A DNA stretch of 49,370 nucleotides from a virus. The position numbers and the translations under genes were made by a program. How positions within the stretch are numbered: the first letter of the stretch is position 1; the number at the start of each line of letters is the position of its first letter. This document shows positions 5,750 through 13,793 of this stretch, piece by piece. The notes beneath the pieces are model-generated. The model ran no database searches and had not been told where the DNA came from. It saw nothing but the letters and a program-made list of their open reading frames with translations. Location of the stretch: IMG/VR virus record IMGVR_UViG_3300048909_000032, one strand, 5' to 3'.

Positions 5750-6753
5750 TTGCTCAGTATTCCGAATGCTGCTGCTGCCACTCGCGGAACTTGTCCATTG
5801 CCAAGGGCTTTAATTCGGTCCACCCGGCTGGCCACCCCATTAGCCACTCGACCCATTCCGGGTTCAGCTGGCCACCGTCGGAAGCCATCACCGCGTGGTC
5901 CAGCCGGTCGTTCGATCTGTCCGCGCCGGACTTGCGTGTCAGTGCCGCCGGCGATGATCCTTTCGCCATGCTCGCCACGGGAGTCGGCCAAGTCCTGGCT
6001 GATACCGCCTCGATCAGAGTCCCGCCCTCGCGCCCCTTCCTTGGCGTTATCCGTCCGCCCTTGCTTCCCAGTGTTGCAGTTGGTGTCGGCCACAGTTTCG
6101 CTTCCGCAGAAAGCTTCGGCTCCCCTCGACTGTTCCACTTCCCCTGGGCGCGATTTGTCGCATCGTCCGCCACTGGCGTCTGCCATAGCTTCACCGCGCT
6201 GCTCAGACCCCATCCCGCATTCTTGCTTGAGCCCGGCTGATTGTGATTCCCGCAAACGGTTATCGTAGGCCACAACCCAGCAACGCTCGCGCTGATGGGG
6301 CGCTCCAAGGTCGGATGCTGAAACAATGCACCACTGCGCGTCATACCCCATTTCGGCAAGGTCACCGAGGACCATGGCAAGTCCTCTTCCCACAAGCAAA
6401 GGTGAGTTTTCCACGAAGACGACTTTAGGTCGTACCTCGCCGATGATTCGCGCCATTTCTCCCCAGAGTCCAGATCGGGCGCCGTCGATACCGAGGCCAT
6501 TCCCGGCAGCTGATATGTCCTGACACGGGAATCCGCCCGAAACCACGTCAACAAGGCCTCGCCATGGCTTTCCGTCAAAACTGCACACGTCAGACCAAAT
6601 TGGGAAAGTTTCGAGGATTCCATCGTTTTGTCGTTGCGCCAAAACCTGTGCTGCGTAGGCATCACGCTCAACGGCGCAGACGGTGCGCCATCCCAAGAGG
6701 TGGCCGCCGAGAATTCCGCCACCAGCGCCTGCGAAAAGAGCCAGCTCATTCAT
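5746..6753 (-). CDS. DNA (cytosine-5)-methyltransferase, frame A
   Basis: Motif I LFAGAGGG, motif IV GGFPCQDIS, motif VI FVENS, motif VIII APHQRERCW, C-terminal WPAEPGMGRVANGVASRVDRIKALGNGQVP (motif X). GGAGGA lies 5 nt upstream of ATG 6753. The middle roughly 140 aa is G/R/D/E/S-rich low complexity. Confidence 0.88.
   Translation of the reverse strand: MNELALFAGAGGGILGGHLLGWRTVCAVERDAYAAQVLAQRQNDGILETFPIWSDVCSFDGKPWRGLVDVVSGGFPCQDISAAGNGLGIDGARSGLWGEMARIIGEVRPKVVFVENSPLLVGRGLAMVLGDLAEMGYDAQWCIVSASDLGAPHQRERCWVVAYDNRLRESQSAGLKQECGMGSEQRGEAMADASGGRCDKSRPGEVEQSRGAEAFCGSETVADTNCNTGKQGRTDNAKEGARGRDSDRGGISQDLADSRGEHGERIIAGGTDTQVRRGQIERPAGPRGDGFRRWPAEPGMGRVANGVASRVDRIKALGNGQVPRVAAAAFGILSK
5754..6749 (-). 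CDS. Alternative-frame ORF (frame B, 331 codons) almost co-extensive with the MTase gene; carries TRD-like WPTP repeats and an LMGWPAGWT motif
   Basis: ATG 6749 is 4 nt downstream of the frame-A ATG and behind the same SD. Contains LWPTITV, LWQTPVADD, LWPTPTATLGSKGG, TWPTPVASMAKG and LNPEWVEWLMGWPAGWT. Third codon positions look more G/C-rich than in frame A by eye. Confidence 0.45.
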   Translation of the reverse strand: MSWLFSQALVAEFSAATSWDGAPSAPLSVMPTQHRFWRNDKTMESSKLSQFGLTCAVLTESHGEALLTWFRADSRVRTYQLPGMASVSTAPDLDSGEKWRESSARYDLKSSSWKTHLCLWEEDLPWSSVTLPKWGMTRSGALFQHPTLERPISASVAGLWPTITVCGNHNQPGSSKNAGWGLSSAVKLWQTPVADDATNRAQGKWNSRGEPKLSAEAKLWPTPTATLGSKGGRITPRKGREGGTLIEAVSARTWPTPVASMAKGSSPAALTRKSGADRSNDRLDHAVMASDGGQLNPEWVEWLMGWPAGWTELKPLAMDKFREWQQQHSEY

Positions 6754-7133
6754 GCATCCTCCAGGATATCCATCTGTTTCGTCTTGCACTCCCGCTCACC
6801 AATCGGCAGCGGTGCCAGCTGCGAGTCGCTCGGATTCTTCATCAGTTCCCGGCGCGATTCATTCTCGAACTTGTCGCGCAACGTTTTGCTGATCACGACT
6901 TTATGGCGCGGGGGTCGTAGGAACTCGACAAGCTCGGCGTCGGTCATGGCGTCCATCTTGAGGATGGCCAGCTGGATGACTTCGCTGATCTCTGGTGTGC
7001 TCGACCGATCACGGATTCGATCCATTGCCGCCTCGATGCCTGGCCGTACCTTATGTCGAAGTTCCTTTTCTGCGAGCTTGCCACGCTTGGCTGCGGCCTT
7101 CTGGCTGCGCTGCTGGGTTGTCATTGCGGTCAT
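6750..7133 (-). CDS. Hypothetical protein, 127 aa
   Basis: Track ORF. Its stop overlaps the MTase start (ATGA) and its start overlaps the upstream stop. Confidence 0.6.
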   Translation of the reverse strand: MTAMTTQQRSQKAAAKRGKLAEKELRHKVRPGIEAAMDRIRDRSSTPEISEVIQLAILKMDAMTDAELVEFLRPPRHKVVISKTLRDKFENESRRELMKNPSDSQLAPLPIGERECKTKQMDILEDA

Positions 7134-7417
7134 TTCTTCTTCCTTTTCTTCGGGGTGCCACGGCCATGGGCCAGCCAGCCGGCGCCGATCACCTGATCAC
7201 CGACTTCCTTGATCAGTTCGTCCACGCGCTCATTGACGGCCGGCACCAGGTCAAACATCAGCGCATTCGGTATCGTCATGGCGTGAACGGTCTTTTCACC
7301 GGATGGAAGGGTTAACCAGACACTGACTTCCCAGCGAATTGGCTTCGAGGGTCGCGTACCCTTCGGCAGCGTGTGCCCGCCGTTCGGGCCGATGGTGTGC
7401 AGCACTGTCATCGTCAT
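7130..7417 (-). CDS. Hypothetical protein, about 95 aa, Lys-rich C-terminus
   Basis: Track ORF 7130..7471. An internal ATG at 7417 (MTMTVLHTIG...) is preferred, but the start is uncertain. Confidence 0.5.
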   Translation of the reverse strand: MTMTVLHTIGPNGGHTLPKGTRPSKPIRWEVSVWLTLPSGEKTVHAMTIPNALMFDLVPAVNERVDELIKEVGDQVIGAGWLAHGRGTPKKRKKK

Positions 7418-7489
7418 GGGATAGCCCGCTCGGGGTGATGTTGATGTGGGATTGCCGGCGTCGTGCGGCAACCCTTGAACTGATGCGCT

Positions 7490-7975
7490 TCACTTCTTGA
7501 ATTCGATCCCGTAGGTGGCGATCAATCGTTTCGCCTTGTGATGGCCGATACCGATGTGGTTGGCGGCGAGGGTCTTTTTAATACCGACCCCGGCCAGCGC
7601 CTTGAGTCGTTCGGCCAGCTTGGCGTCCTCGACCGGATCGATAACACAGGAGCCCCGGCTCTCCGGGTTCTTCCCGGTGCCAGAAACGCACGTGATGCCA
7701 TTTTCCCGGCAAGTCCGGTTGATCCTGTCGAGCGACACGCCCAGGCGCATAACCATCTGCGTCTTGGTCATCGTCTCGCCCAGCTTCCTGACCTGCTCGA
7801 CGAAATCGCGCTGCGTTTGCTCTTCTGGCGTGACCACATGGCCATACCGCGGACGCCTTGGCTCGAACTTGGGTGGGGCCAAATGCTCGATCTGGCCGCC
7901 CGATGCGAAAAATGCAGCCTGTGCAGCGGCCAGCTCAGACCGGTCGCCCTGTCTGGTGTCGTTGTATTGGTTCAT
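7490..7975 (-). CDS. Hypothetical DNA-binding-like protein, tandem paralogue A
   Basis: Shares an ordered set of segments with 7977..8606: GG.IE.L..P.F.P, VEQV+KL.ETM...Q, D..LAER+KA. Confidence 0.65.
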   Translation of the reverse strand: MNQYNDTRQGDRSELAAAQAAFFASGGQIEHLAPPKFEPRRPRYGHVVTPEEQTQRDFVEQVRKLGETMTKTQMVMRLGVSLDRINRTCRENGITCVSGTGKNPESRGSCVIDPVEDAKLAERLKALAGVGIKKTLAANHIGIGHHKAKRLIATYGIEFKK

Positions 7976-7976
7976 G

Positions 7977-8606
7977 TCAGTGTGCTCGGGAGTTGAAAGT
8001 CGGCTGAGGGCCGCGACTGCATTTCGGATAGTCGATATTGAACTTGGCCAGGATTCGCAGGAATGGCTTAAAGGTGAGCCCGGACTTCTCCATGGCCTTG
8101 CTACGGGTAAGCCCGGCTTTCATGAAGGCCTTGATTCGCTCAGCCAGGTCGGCGTCATTCGCGCCATCGACACCACCACGCGTGTAGCCTGCTGGCTGGA
8201 ACTTGAAGCCGTATTCCTTTGCCATGGAGAACAAAGTCTTTCGCGACAGCCCGGTGCGCAGGATCGCCTGCGAGTAGCTCATGGTTTCGGCGAGCTTTTT
8301 GACCTGCTCAACAAGCTCTGCTCGAGCCCTTTCGGCAATTTCGGCTCGCTCTTCGCGTTCGATTTCGCGCAAGGTCATTTTTGTGACCTTTTCGGGTTCG
8401 GCTACAGCCTTGGGCGTCACTGGTTTGGCGGCCTTTCTGCGAGGCGGCGGTTCATGCCTCGCGGGTGGCGGCACGAAACTCGGCCCCTGCAACACCTCAA
8501 TAACCCCGCCCTTTCTCAAGAAATCCCGCTCAAGCATTGCGATCTCATAGCTCCTGGCCGCGTTCTCTTTGACCATGTTCAATTCGGTGCTGACGTATGC
8601 GCTCAT
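7977..8606 (-). CDS. Hypothetical DNA-binding-like protein, tandem paralogue B
   Basis: As above. 209 aa with a Pro/Lys-rich linker. Confidence 0.65.
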   Translation of the reverse strand: MSAYVSTELNMVKENAARSYEIAMLERDFLRKGGVIEVLQGPSFVPPPARHEPPPRRKAAKPVTPKAVAEPEKVTKMTLREIEREERAEIAERARAELVEQVKKLAETMSYSQAILRTGLSRKTLFSMAKEYGFKFQPAGYTRGGVDGANDADLAERIKAFMKAGLTRSKAMEKSGLTFKPFLRILAKFNIDYPKCSRGPQPTFNSRAH

Positions 8607-8627
8607 GGCGACCTCGCTTTCGGCCCC

Positions 8628-8655
8628 AAAAGAAAAGGGCGCTCTATTGGCGCCC
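8628..8655 (-). terminator. Rho-independent terminator after the exonuclease gene
   Basis: Minus strand gggcgccaatagagcgcccttttctttt: GGGCGC/GCGCCC stem then a T-run. Confidence 0.6.
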
Positions 8656-8674
8656 AGTTGGTTGGATTGGCTGA

Positions 8675-9355
8675 TTACTTCTTCAGCGCTTTGATCAGGT
8701 ACGGATCGACGTCGGCCTGGCCGAGTAGCCAGCGCTTATAGTCGGCAGGGATGTCGGCGATTTTCGATCCGGCGTGCTTGCCGAAGCGGATCACGGTCGG
8801 GATGCGTGCCTCTTCTGAGATTTCCCACAACCGTTCCCAGCTTCCCAGTTCCTGACCGGGCTCAAAATTCAGGCAATTAATGATCGCGATCAGCAGTCGG
8901 CGGCAGTTGTGCACGTCGTCGAGCGCAGCGTGAGCGTTCTTCAGCAGCTCTCGCGCCTGGTCCCGGTAGTGCAGGTAGATCATCGCCGATTGGCTGTGCG
9001 AGTCAGCATCCGGCCAGAGCGAACGGCTCAGCGCCTGGGTGCAGATGCGTTTCACGTCAGGCTGACCGATCACGCCCCAGTCATAGTCGACGTTGTGGCC
9101 GATGATGTAGGTGGTGCCGTCGGGAAGCGTGAAGTCCGTGTGAGGCGGACAGTCGACCAGATCCTCGTCGAGGATATGCGCGGTAGCCAAGGCGCCAAGC
9201 TCAATCGGCTTTGATGGTTTGTAGCGCTGAAGGAACTGCTCGGCGACCGTCAGCGTCTGGATGCTATCCAGTCGAAGCCATGCCGCCTCAGTTGGCTGCG
9301 GCTCTTTCAGGCCGGTTGTTTCGAAATCAAGAATAATTGCTGTCATGTAGGTCAT
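8675..9355 (-). CDS. DnaQ-like DEDDh 3-5 exonuclease (ExoX-like) with C-terminal KH.G..I.DIP.DY..W motif
   Basis: Exo I ILDFETTG, Exo II IIGHNVDYDW, Exo III HAALDDV; C-terminal FGKHAGSKIADIPADYKRWLL. Confidence 0.85.
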   Translation of the reverse strand: MTYMTAIILDFETTGLKEPQPTEAAWLRLDSIQTLTVAEQFLQRYKPSKPIELGALATAHILDEDLVDCPPHTDFTLPDGTTYIIGHNVDYDWGVIGQPDVKRICTQALSRSLWPDADSHSQSAMIYLHYRDQARELLKNAHAALDDVHNCRRLLIAIINCLNFEPGQELGSWERLWEISEEARIPTVIRFGKHAGSKIADIPADYKRWLLGQADVDPYLIKALKK

Positions 9356-9394
9356 CCGTTTTCAGTGTGATGGGCTGGTGGCTCGAGCGAGGAT

Positions 9395-9850
9395 CTAGAA
9401 CGGGATTTCTGGATCGTATTGCGAGTCATCAGGCTGCTGCGCTGATTGCTGGCTCCGTTGCTGCGATTGTTGACGCGACGCCGATTGCTGCTGGTCGCCA
9501 TCCTGCGGCTTGCCGCCGAGCAGCTGCATGGTGCCCTGCATGTCCACGATGATTTCCGTGGTGTAACGCTTGACCCCATCCTTCTCCCATTCACGGGTTT
9601 GTAGCTTGCCTTCGATGTACACCTGAGAGCCTTTACGCAGGTACTCCCCGGCAATCTCGGCGACCTTACCGAACAGACAGACCCTATGCCATTCGGTTTT
9701 TTCGACCTTCTGGCCGGTTTGCTTGTCGGTCCACTGTTCGCTGGTGGCCAGGCTCAGATTTGTTACTGCGTTGCCGTTGGGCATGTAGCGAACTTCAGGA
9801 TCCTGTCCGCATGTGCCGACCAAAATTACTTTATTGACGCCGCGTGCCAT
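9395..9850 (-). CDS. ssb: Single-stranded DNA-binding protein
   Basis: [40 protein letters not shown]...[32 protein letters not shown]-rich tail ending DPEIPF. Confidence 0.92.
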   Translation of the reverse strand: MARGVNKVILVGTCGQDPEVRYMPNGNAVTNLSLATSEQWTDKQTGQKVEKTEWHRVCLFGKVAEIAGEYLRKGSQVYIEGKLQTREWEKDGVKRYTTEIIVDMQGTMQLLGGKPQDGDQQQSASRQQSQQRSQQSAQQPDDSQYDPEIPF

Positions 9851-9899
9851 ATTTCTCTACCTCGATTTGATACCCCGGCACCGGCCGGGGCTTGATTGG

Positions 9900-10490
9900 T
9901 TATGCCGCTTGGCCCTGTGGTGCCAGTTCAGCCTTACGCTTGTCTTTTGCCTTGCCGAAGGTCTCGCCCATTTTCTTGTTGTTCGCGTCCTTCGCTGCTG
10001 CAAGGCCGGCGTCGAATGCATTTTTCAGCGACGCCATGTCCGGCGCCTTGGCGATGTCAGCAATCATGGCTGTCCAGTCGTACTGGTTCGTCGATTGCTG
10101 CCGGCTCTGCTGCTGAGCCCCTGTCGTCGAATCGAGTGCGTCGTGCTCGACGATTTCCAGCGCCGTCACATACAGGTAGCGCCGCTGGTAGGTCTCAACT
10201 GCGCCGATGTTCTGGACTTCGTGGCAGCCCTTGAGCGCCGCACTGCCCATCGGGCTGGTGAACTCGACAGACGTGCCGTCTTCCACGTCCACAACCTTCA
10301 GGGTGGCAAGCTCAACCCCGAACGAGACGATCCCGCACAGACCCTTCTCTTTGAAAAGGTCATTGATTGCCGGCAGGAAGTCGCCCAGCTCGAAGTAGCT
10401 GTAGCCAGCAAACTTGTTCTCGCCGGTCTTTTTCAGGGTCATGCGCTGCATTTCGCAGCGGGCTTCTTGGAGCTTTTTGTAGACGCTCAT
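9900..10490 (-). CDS. erf: ERF-family single-strand annealing protein
   Basis: MSVYKKLQEARCEMQRMTLKKTGENKFAGYSYFELGDFLPAINDLF...VETYQRRYLY. GAGGTG SD before ATG 10490; the track start 10520 is less likely. Confidence 0.8.
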   Translation of the reverse strand: MSVYKKLQEARCEMQRMTLKKTGENKFAGYSYFELGDFLPAINDLFKEKGLCGIVSFGVELATLKVVDVEDGTSVEFTSPMGSAALKGCHEVQNIGAVETYQRRYLYVTALEIVEHDALDSTTGAQQQSRQQSTNQYDWTAMIADIAKAPDMASLKNAFDAGLAAAKDANNKKMGETFGKAKDKRKAELAPQGQAA

Positions 10491-10498
10491 GGCGCACC

Positions 10499-10642
10499 TC
10501 AAATTGGTTGGTTGTCCCACTGGCGTTCAATCTTGATCGCCTCGTCTTCGTACTCTTTGCGGTCATCGCCCTGGAACTGCTCGGGGTCGAACGCGCCTAC
10601 CGTCATCCAGTCGAGCTGGGCGGTCAGTCGTGGTGTGTTCAT
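10499..10642 (-). CDS. Small acidic hypothetical protein, 47 aa
   Basis: ATG 10642 with GAGG 6 nt upstream, directly after the stop of 10650..11744. MNTPRLTAQLDWMTVGAFDPEQF... Confidence 0.4.
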   Translation of the reverse strand: MNTPRLTAQLDWMTVGAFDPEQFQGDDRKEYEDEAIKIERQWDNQPI

Positions 10643-10649
10643 GGGCGCC

Positions 10650-11744
10650 TCAGAAGTTGATGGTGATGTTCGGCACTTCACCGCGGTAGATTTTCAGAAC
10701 GAGCGCCTTGGCCAGTTCTTCGGTGACGTTCATCGACATGATTGCCAGCTTCGCCTCGCCCATGATTTTCGACTTGTGCGCCGTATCGGCTGCGCGGGCG
10801 TTCTGCTGGCGGACAATCTCGGCGGCGGCATCGTCTGCGCGCTTCTGCTCATCCAGACGCGCCTGCTCGACTGCCTGCTCTTGCCGGGTTGCAGCCTCCT
10901 TGCGCTCACGTTCGGCGCGCTGCTCGGCCTCTTCCTGGTCGCGCTTTGCCTGCTCAGCCTTGCGCTCAGACTCGGCCGCAGCCAGCTTCAGGTCGTTCTC
11001 GCGCTTGGCTGCTGCCGCCTGCTCGTCCTTCACCCGCTGCGCTTCTGCATCCCGCTCGCGCTGCGCCTTCTGTTCCGCCTCGATGCGCGCCTTCTCGGCA
11101 GCCTCGTGGGCGATTCGTTGCTCGCGGTCTTTCTGCTCCTGCGCCTCTTTCTCGGCGCGCAGCCTGATCAGTTCGGCCTGTTCCGACTCGTACTGCTCCT
11201 GGTCGGCCAGGGCCTTGCGCAGAATCACCAAGGCGGCAGCCTTTGCCCGGTGCGCGTCGGCCTCGAACTCTTCCAGCTCCTGGTTGATCTCCAGACTGTC
11301 CAGGTCCTGGACCTTGGCGCCGATCAGTGCCGCGGTCATGCCGGCGGTGTCGGTGTTTTCGATGTGCGCGATCACGGCCTTGTGCGCAGCGACCCGGGCT
11401 TCCTCTTTCTCCTCCCACTCATTCAGTGGGCGGCGAACCTGCTCCTGCAGCGACTCCAGGGTTTCGCGCATTCGCTTGCGCTCGGCGTCGATCAGCTTCG
11501 GGACTTCCTTCAGCTCGGCGACCAGCTTTTTGCCGGCGTCGTCCAGGGCCACTTTCGACTTCGCGACCTTGTGGGCGATCGAGGCGATGGCGGCGCGACC
11601 CTTGGCGGTGCTGGTGTCCGGCACGAACGACATAACCTCGTCGCGGATCTTTTGTAGCCATGGCTCCAGGCCGTTCGGCGCGCTGTACACGGCCAGCGCT
11701 GTTTCTTTCGGTGGCACGGTGGCCAATTCAGTAGTTGCAGACAT
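10650..11744 (-). CDS. Coiled-coil phage protein, DUF1351-like, typical partner of ERF/SSB modules
   Basis: 364 aa. The N-terminal TELATVPPKETALAVYS and the long E/A/K/R/Q coiled coil resemble DUF1351 proteins. Position is upstream of erf. Confidence 0.5.
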   Translation of the reverse strand: MSATTELATVPPKETALAVYSAPNGLEPWLQKIRDEVMSFVPDTSTAKGRAAIASIAHKVAKSKVALDDAGKKLVAELKEVPKLIDAERKRMRETLESLQEQVRRPLNEWEEKEEARVAAHKAVIAHIENTDTAGMTAALIGAKVQDLDSLEINQELEEFEADAHRAKAAALVILRKALADQEQYESEQAELIRLRAEKEAQEQKDREQRIAHEAAEKARIEAEQKAQRERDAEAQRVKDEQAAAAKRENDLKLAAAESERKAEQAKRDQEEAEQRAERERKEAATRQEQAVEQARLDEQKRADDAAAEIVRQQNARAADTAHKSKIMGEAKLAIMSMNVTEELAKALVLKIYRGEVPNITINF

Positions 11745-11789
11745 GCGTGTATCTCCCGCGCCATCCGGGACCGGGGCGCCGCGCTTGGG

Positions 11790-11906
11790 TTAGTTGGTGA
11801 GCTGACCGACGTAGGCGCTGGCCAGCATGACGAAGGTGGTGCCGATGAGGACGATGGCTGAGCCTCGGAGCAGGTAGATGCGCTTGGCTCGCTGGTAGGA
11901 GGTCAT
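11790..11906 (-). CDS. Micro-ORF, 38 aa, one predicted TM helix
   Basis: Own translation MTSYQRAKRIYLLRGSAIVLIGTTFVMLASAYVGQLTN. ATGA overlap with the upstream micro-ORF. Confidence 0.4.
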   Translation of the reverse strand: MTSYQRAKRIYLLRGSAIVLIGTTFVMLASAYVGQLTN

Positions 11907-12067
11907 GGCTTCAGCACCTTGACCCAGAGCCTGCCGAGCTTGAGAACCTTCACATGCCCGTTACGCTCGCTGAACAATGGGGTGTAGCCGTCTTTCGTCC
12001 ATCGAAAGTGCAGGCCCCAGCCGCGAACCCGAAACCACCAGTAGGATGCTTTTTCGAATCGGATCAT
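11903..12067 (-). CDS. Micro-ORF, 54 aa, Trp/Arg-rich
   Basis: Own translation MIRFEKASYWWFRVRGWGLHFRWTKDGYTPLFSERNGHVKVLKLGRLWVKVLKP. ATGA overlaps at both ends. Confidence 0.45.
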   Translation of the reverse strand: MIRFEKASYWWFRVRGWGLHFRWTKDGYTPLFSERNGHVKVLKLGRLWVKVLKP

Positions 12068-12180
12068 TTCGTCACCGCCACAGGAAGGCTGAACTGCTCA
12101 CTCTGGATCTCACGCATCTCTGCGTAGATGCCCCAGTAGAAGGCGGTCAGGACGGTTAGGAACCAGAAGAATGGTTTCAT
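12064..12180 (-). CDS. Micro-ORF, 38 aa, one predicted TM helix
   Basis: Own translation MKPFFWFLTVLTAFYWGIYAEMREIQSEQFSLPVAVTK. ATGA overlaps at both ends. Confidence 0.45.
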   Translation of the reverse strand: MKPFFWFLTVLTAFYWGIYAEMREIQSEQFSLPVAVTK

Positions 12181-12557
12181 GGCGCCACCTTCAGCAGTTG
12201 TTCGCCTATGACGCGTAGGCTGTTTCGAATCTTGGCTCCCCCAGCGTTAATCGCCTTTCGGTTGTCGAGCAGCATCGCCATTGAGCGATAGGCGCATTCC
12301 TCGCCAAGGTCCGTCTCGTCATCCCAGTCCTGACACGTCACGACCGCATGCAGCCAGCCTCTCCAGACAATGCTGCATTCAGGATCATCCGTGACCTCGC
12401 CGCTCATGTAGCGGTTTCGGTAAGGCTTCAGGTCTACGTAGGCATCTACGTCGTCATGCAGTTCGCGAATAGCTTGCGCGTTGTCGCGCAATGCCTGCCG
12501 ATGATTTGCGTACTTTATTGCAAGGGTCTCCAGCCTTTCTGCGATAGTTGGTTTCAT
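12177..12557 (-). CDS. Hypothetical protein, 126 aa
   Basis: Track ORF, translationally coupled to its neighbours. Confidence 0.6.
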   Translation of the reverse strand: MKPTIAERLETLAIKYANHRQALRDNAQAIRELHDDVDAYVDLKPYRNRYMSGEVTDDPECSIVWRGWLHAVVTCQDWDDETDLGEECAYRSMAMLLDNRKAINAGGAKIRNSLRVIGEQLLKVAP

Positions 12558-12751
12558 GGTCGCCGCTCCCTCACCGCAATCCGCTTCCCCTTCTGGCTCG
12601 CCGCCAACTGAGCCGGCAGATCCGCGACCAGTTCGTCACGACCCCGGCCTATCACCTCGTTGAACGGCAGTCCGAAGCGAATTATGGAGATCCGTCTTTC
12701 GATCAGCTCCAGCTCTTCGTCGATCAGGGATTTAATGACTGGGGTTGTCAT
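12554..12751 (-). CDS. Hypothetical protein, 65 aa
   Basis: Track ORF with 4-nt overlaps on both sides. Confidence 0.55.
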   Translation of the reverse strand: MTTPVIKSLIDEELELIERRISIIRFGLPFNEVIGRGRDELVADLPAQLAASQKGKRIAVRERRP

Positions 12752-13314
12752 GGCTTCACCTCTTTGCGAAAGCCTGCGTCATAGATCATGCCGCAGCGGA
12801 TGTATTCAGCCGTGCCGGGATTGTCCATGCCGAGCGCGCTGACCATTTCGGAAATCGCCTCGGTGCGAGCTTGAGCCTCGACCTGCTCTGGCGTGTGGAT
12901 GGGGTAGAAGCAATCCGCGACTGCCTGCTCAACCTGCCGGCCGTTCACACCTTCAAAAGTGAAGGCGGCAAGCTCTCCTCCGGCAGTAGCCTGGAAGTGC
13001 GCAATCACCGAAACACTCATGCCATCATTCAATTCCCTGTGCCAGTCTGCGGAGCCGATCCTTTTGAACTCGCACACAGTCCCTACTGGCGGCAGGCCTT
13101 CGCCATCCCATTCGCCAATCGCTGCCTTTGGCTTCGCGAGGGTAATGCGGCGAAATTCCTGAAGACCGAATTTCTTGTCGCCGTTATGCGACGTACAAAC
13201 GAATTCCAGGTCGTTGATCTTGACGACGTCGCGGCCGCTGAATGATTGCTGAAATTGAGCCTGAAGCGCTTCACTGTCGGTAACGAGTTCGACATAACTT
13301 GTTGGATTAATCAT
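12748..13314 (-). CDS. Hypothetical protein, 188 aa
   Basis: Track ORF, coupled to its neighbours. Confidence 0.6.
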   Translation of the reverse strand: MINPTSYVELVTDSEALQAQFQQSFSGRDVVKINDLEFVCTSHNGDKKFGLQEFRRITLAKPKAAIGEWDGEGLPPVGTVCEFKRIGSADWHRELNDGMSVSVIAHFQATAGGELAAFTFEGVNGRQVEQAVADCFYPIHTPEQVEAQARTEAISEMVSALGMDNPGTAEYIRCGMIYDAGFRKEVKP

Positions 13315-13532
13315 GCTGCCTTCCCCTTCAAAAGTTCGACATACCGCGTCAGTTCCAGCCCGCGAATCGTTTTGGTATAGGCGTCACGCTCGACGCCGGT
13401 GATCGCGTCCAGGCTGTGCGCCATGAACACCGCCATTCGCGCAACCGAGGCGGCCATGACCGGGAATTCAGTGGCCGGGATCGTCTCGATTTCCTTTTCG
13501 ATCATGTGCACTGCAGTGTCGTGCGTGTTCAT
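13311..13532 (-). CDS. Hypothetical protein, 73 aa
   Basis: Track ORF, coupled to its neighbours. Confidence 0.55.
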   Translation of the reverse strand: MNTHDTAVHMIEKEIETIPATEFPVMAASVARMAVFMAHSLDAITGVERDAYTKTIRGLELTRYVELLKGKAA

Positions 13533-13777
13533 TCCTTGACTCCGTTGTAGCCGAAGAAGTCGCCGATCTGCTCGACTGCGGCAGCGATTCGCAGCGCCGC
13601 TGCCTTGCGTTCCGCGCGAAGAATCTTCCTTCGTTCGTCGAGCTGCCGGGTCTGTTCCTCGTAGTCGTGGAACTGGTCAGCCTGTACCTTCTTCGGTCGC
13701 CCGTAGGCGTCGTAGCGCCGGTCCCACTCTCGGGCCTGCGCACTGTCTGCGTAGCTGGTTGACATGGTTGCCTCCAA
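13529..13777 (-). CDS. Hypothetical protein, 82 aa
   Basis: Track ORF, coupled to its neighbours. Confidence 0.55.
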   Translation of the reverse strand: MEATMSTSYADSAQAREWDRRYDAYGRPKKVQADQFHDYEEQTRQLDERRKILRAERKAAALRIAAAVEQIGDFFGYNGVKE

Positions 13778-13793
13778 GGGTGGGTGCGGGTTT

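Noticed and set aside
5746-6789. Longer 347-aa version of the MTase ORF starting at 6789, and the TTG-5026 version of the PhaZ-like ORF
   Set aside because: The extensions overlap upstream genes or lack an SD. Internal ATGs (6753 and 4975) sit behind good SDs and match where homologues begin.
9813-11657. 614-aa plus-strand ORF, and the 361-aa ORF at 10708..11793
   Set aside because: Both are antisense or off-frame to the well-supported SSB, ERF and DUF1351-like genes. Their composition is Leu/Arg/Ala/Ser-rich low complexity, as expected from a GC-rich coiled-coil gene read on the wrong strand or frame. There is no SD and no motifs.
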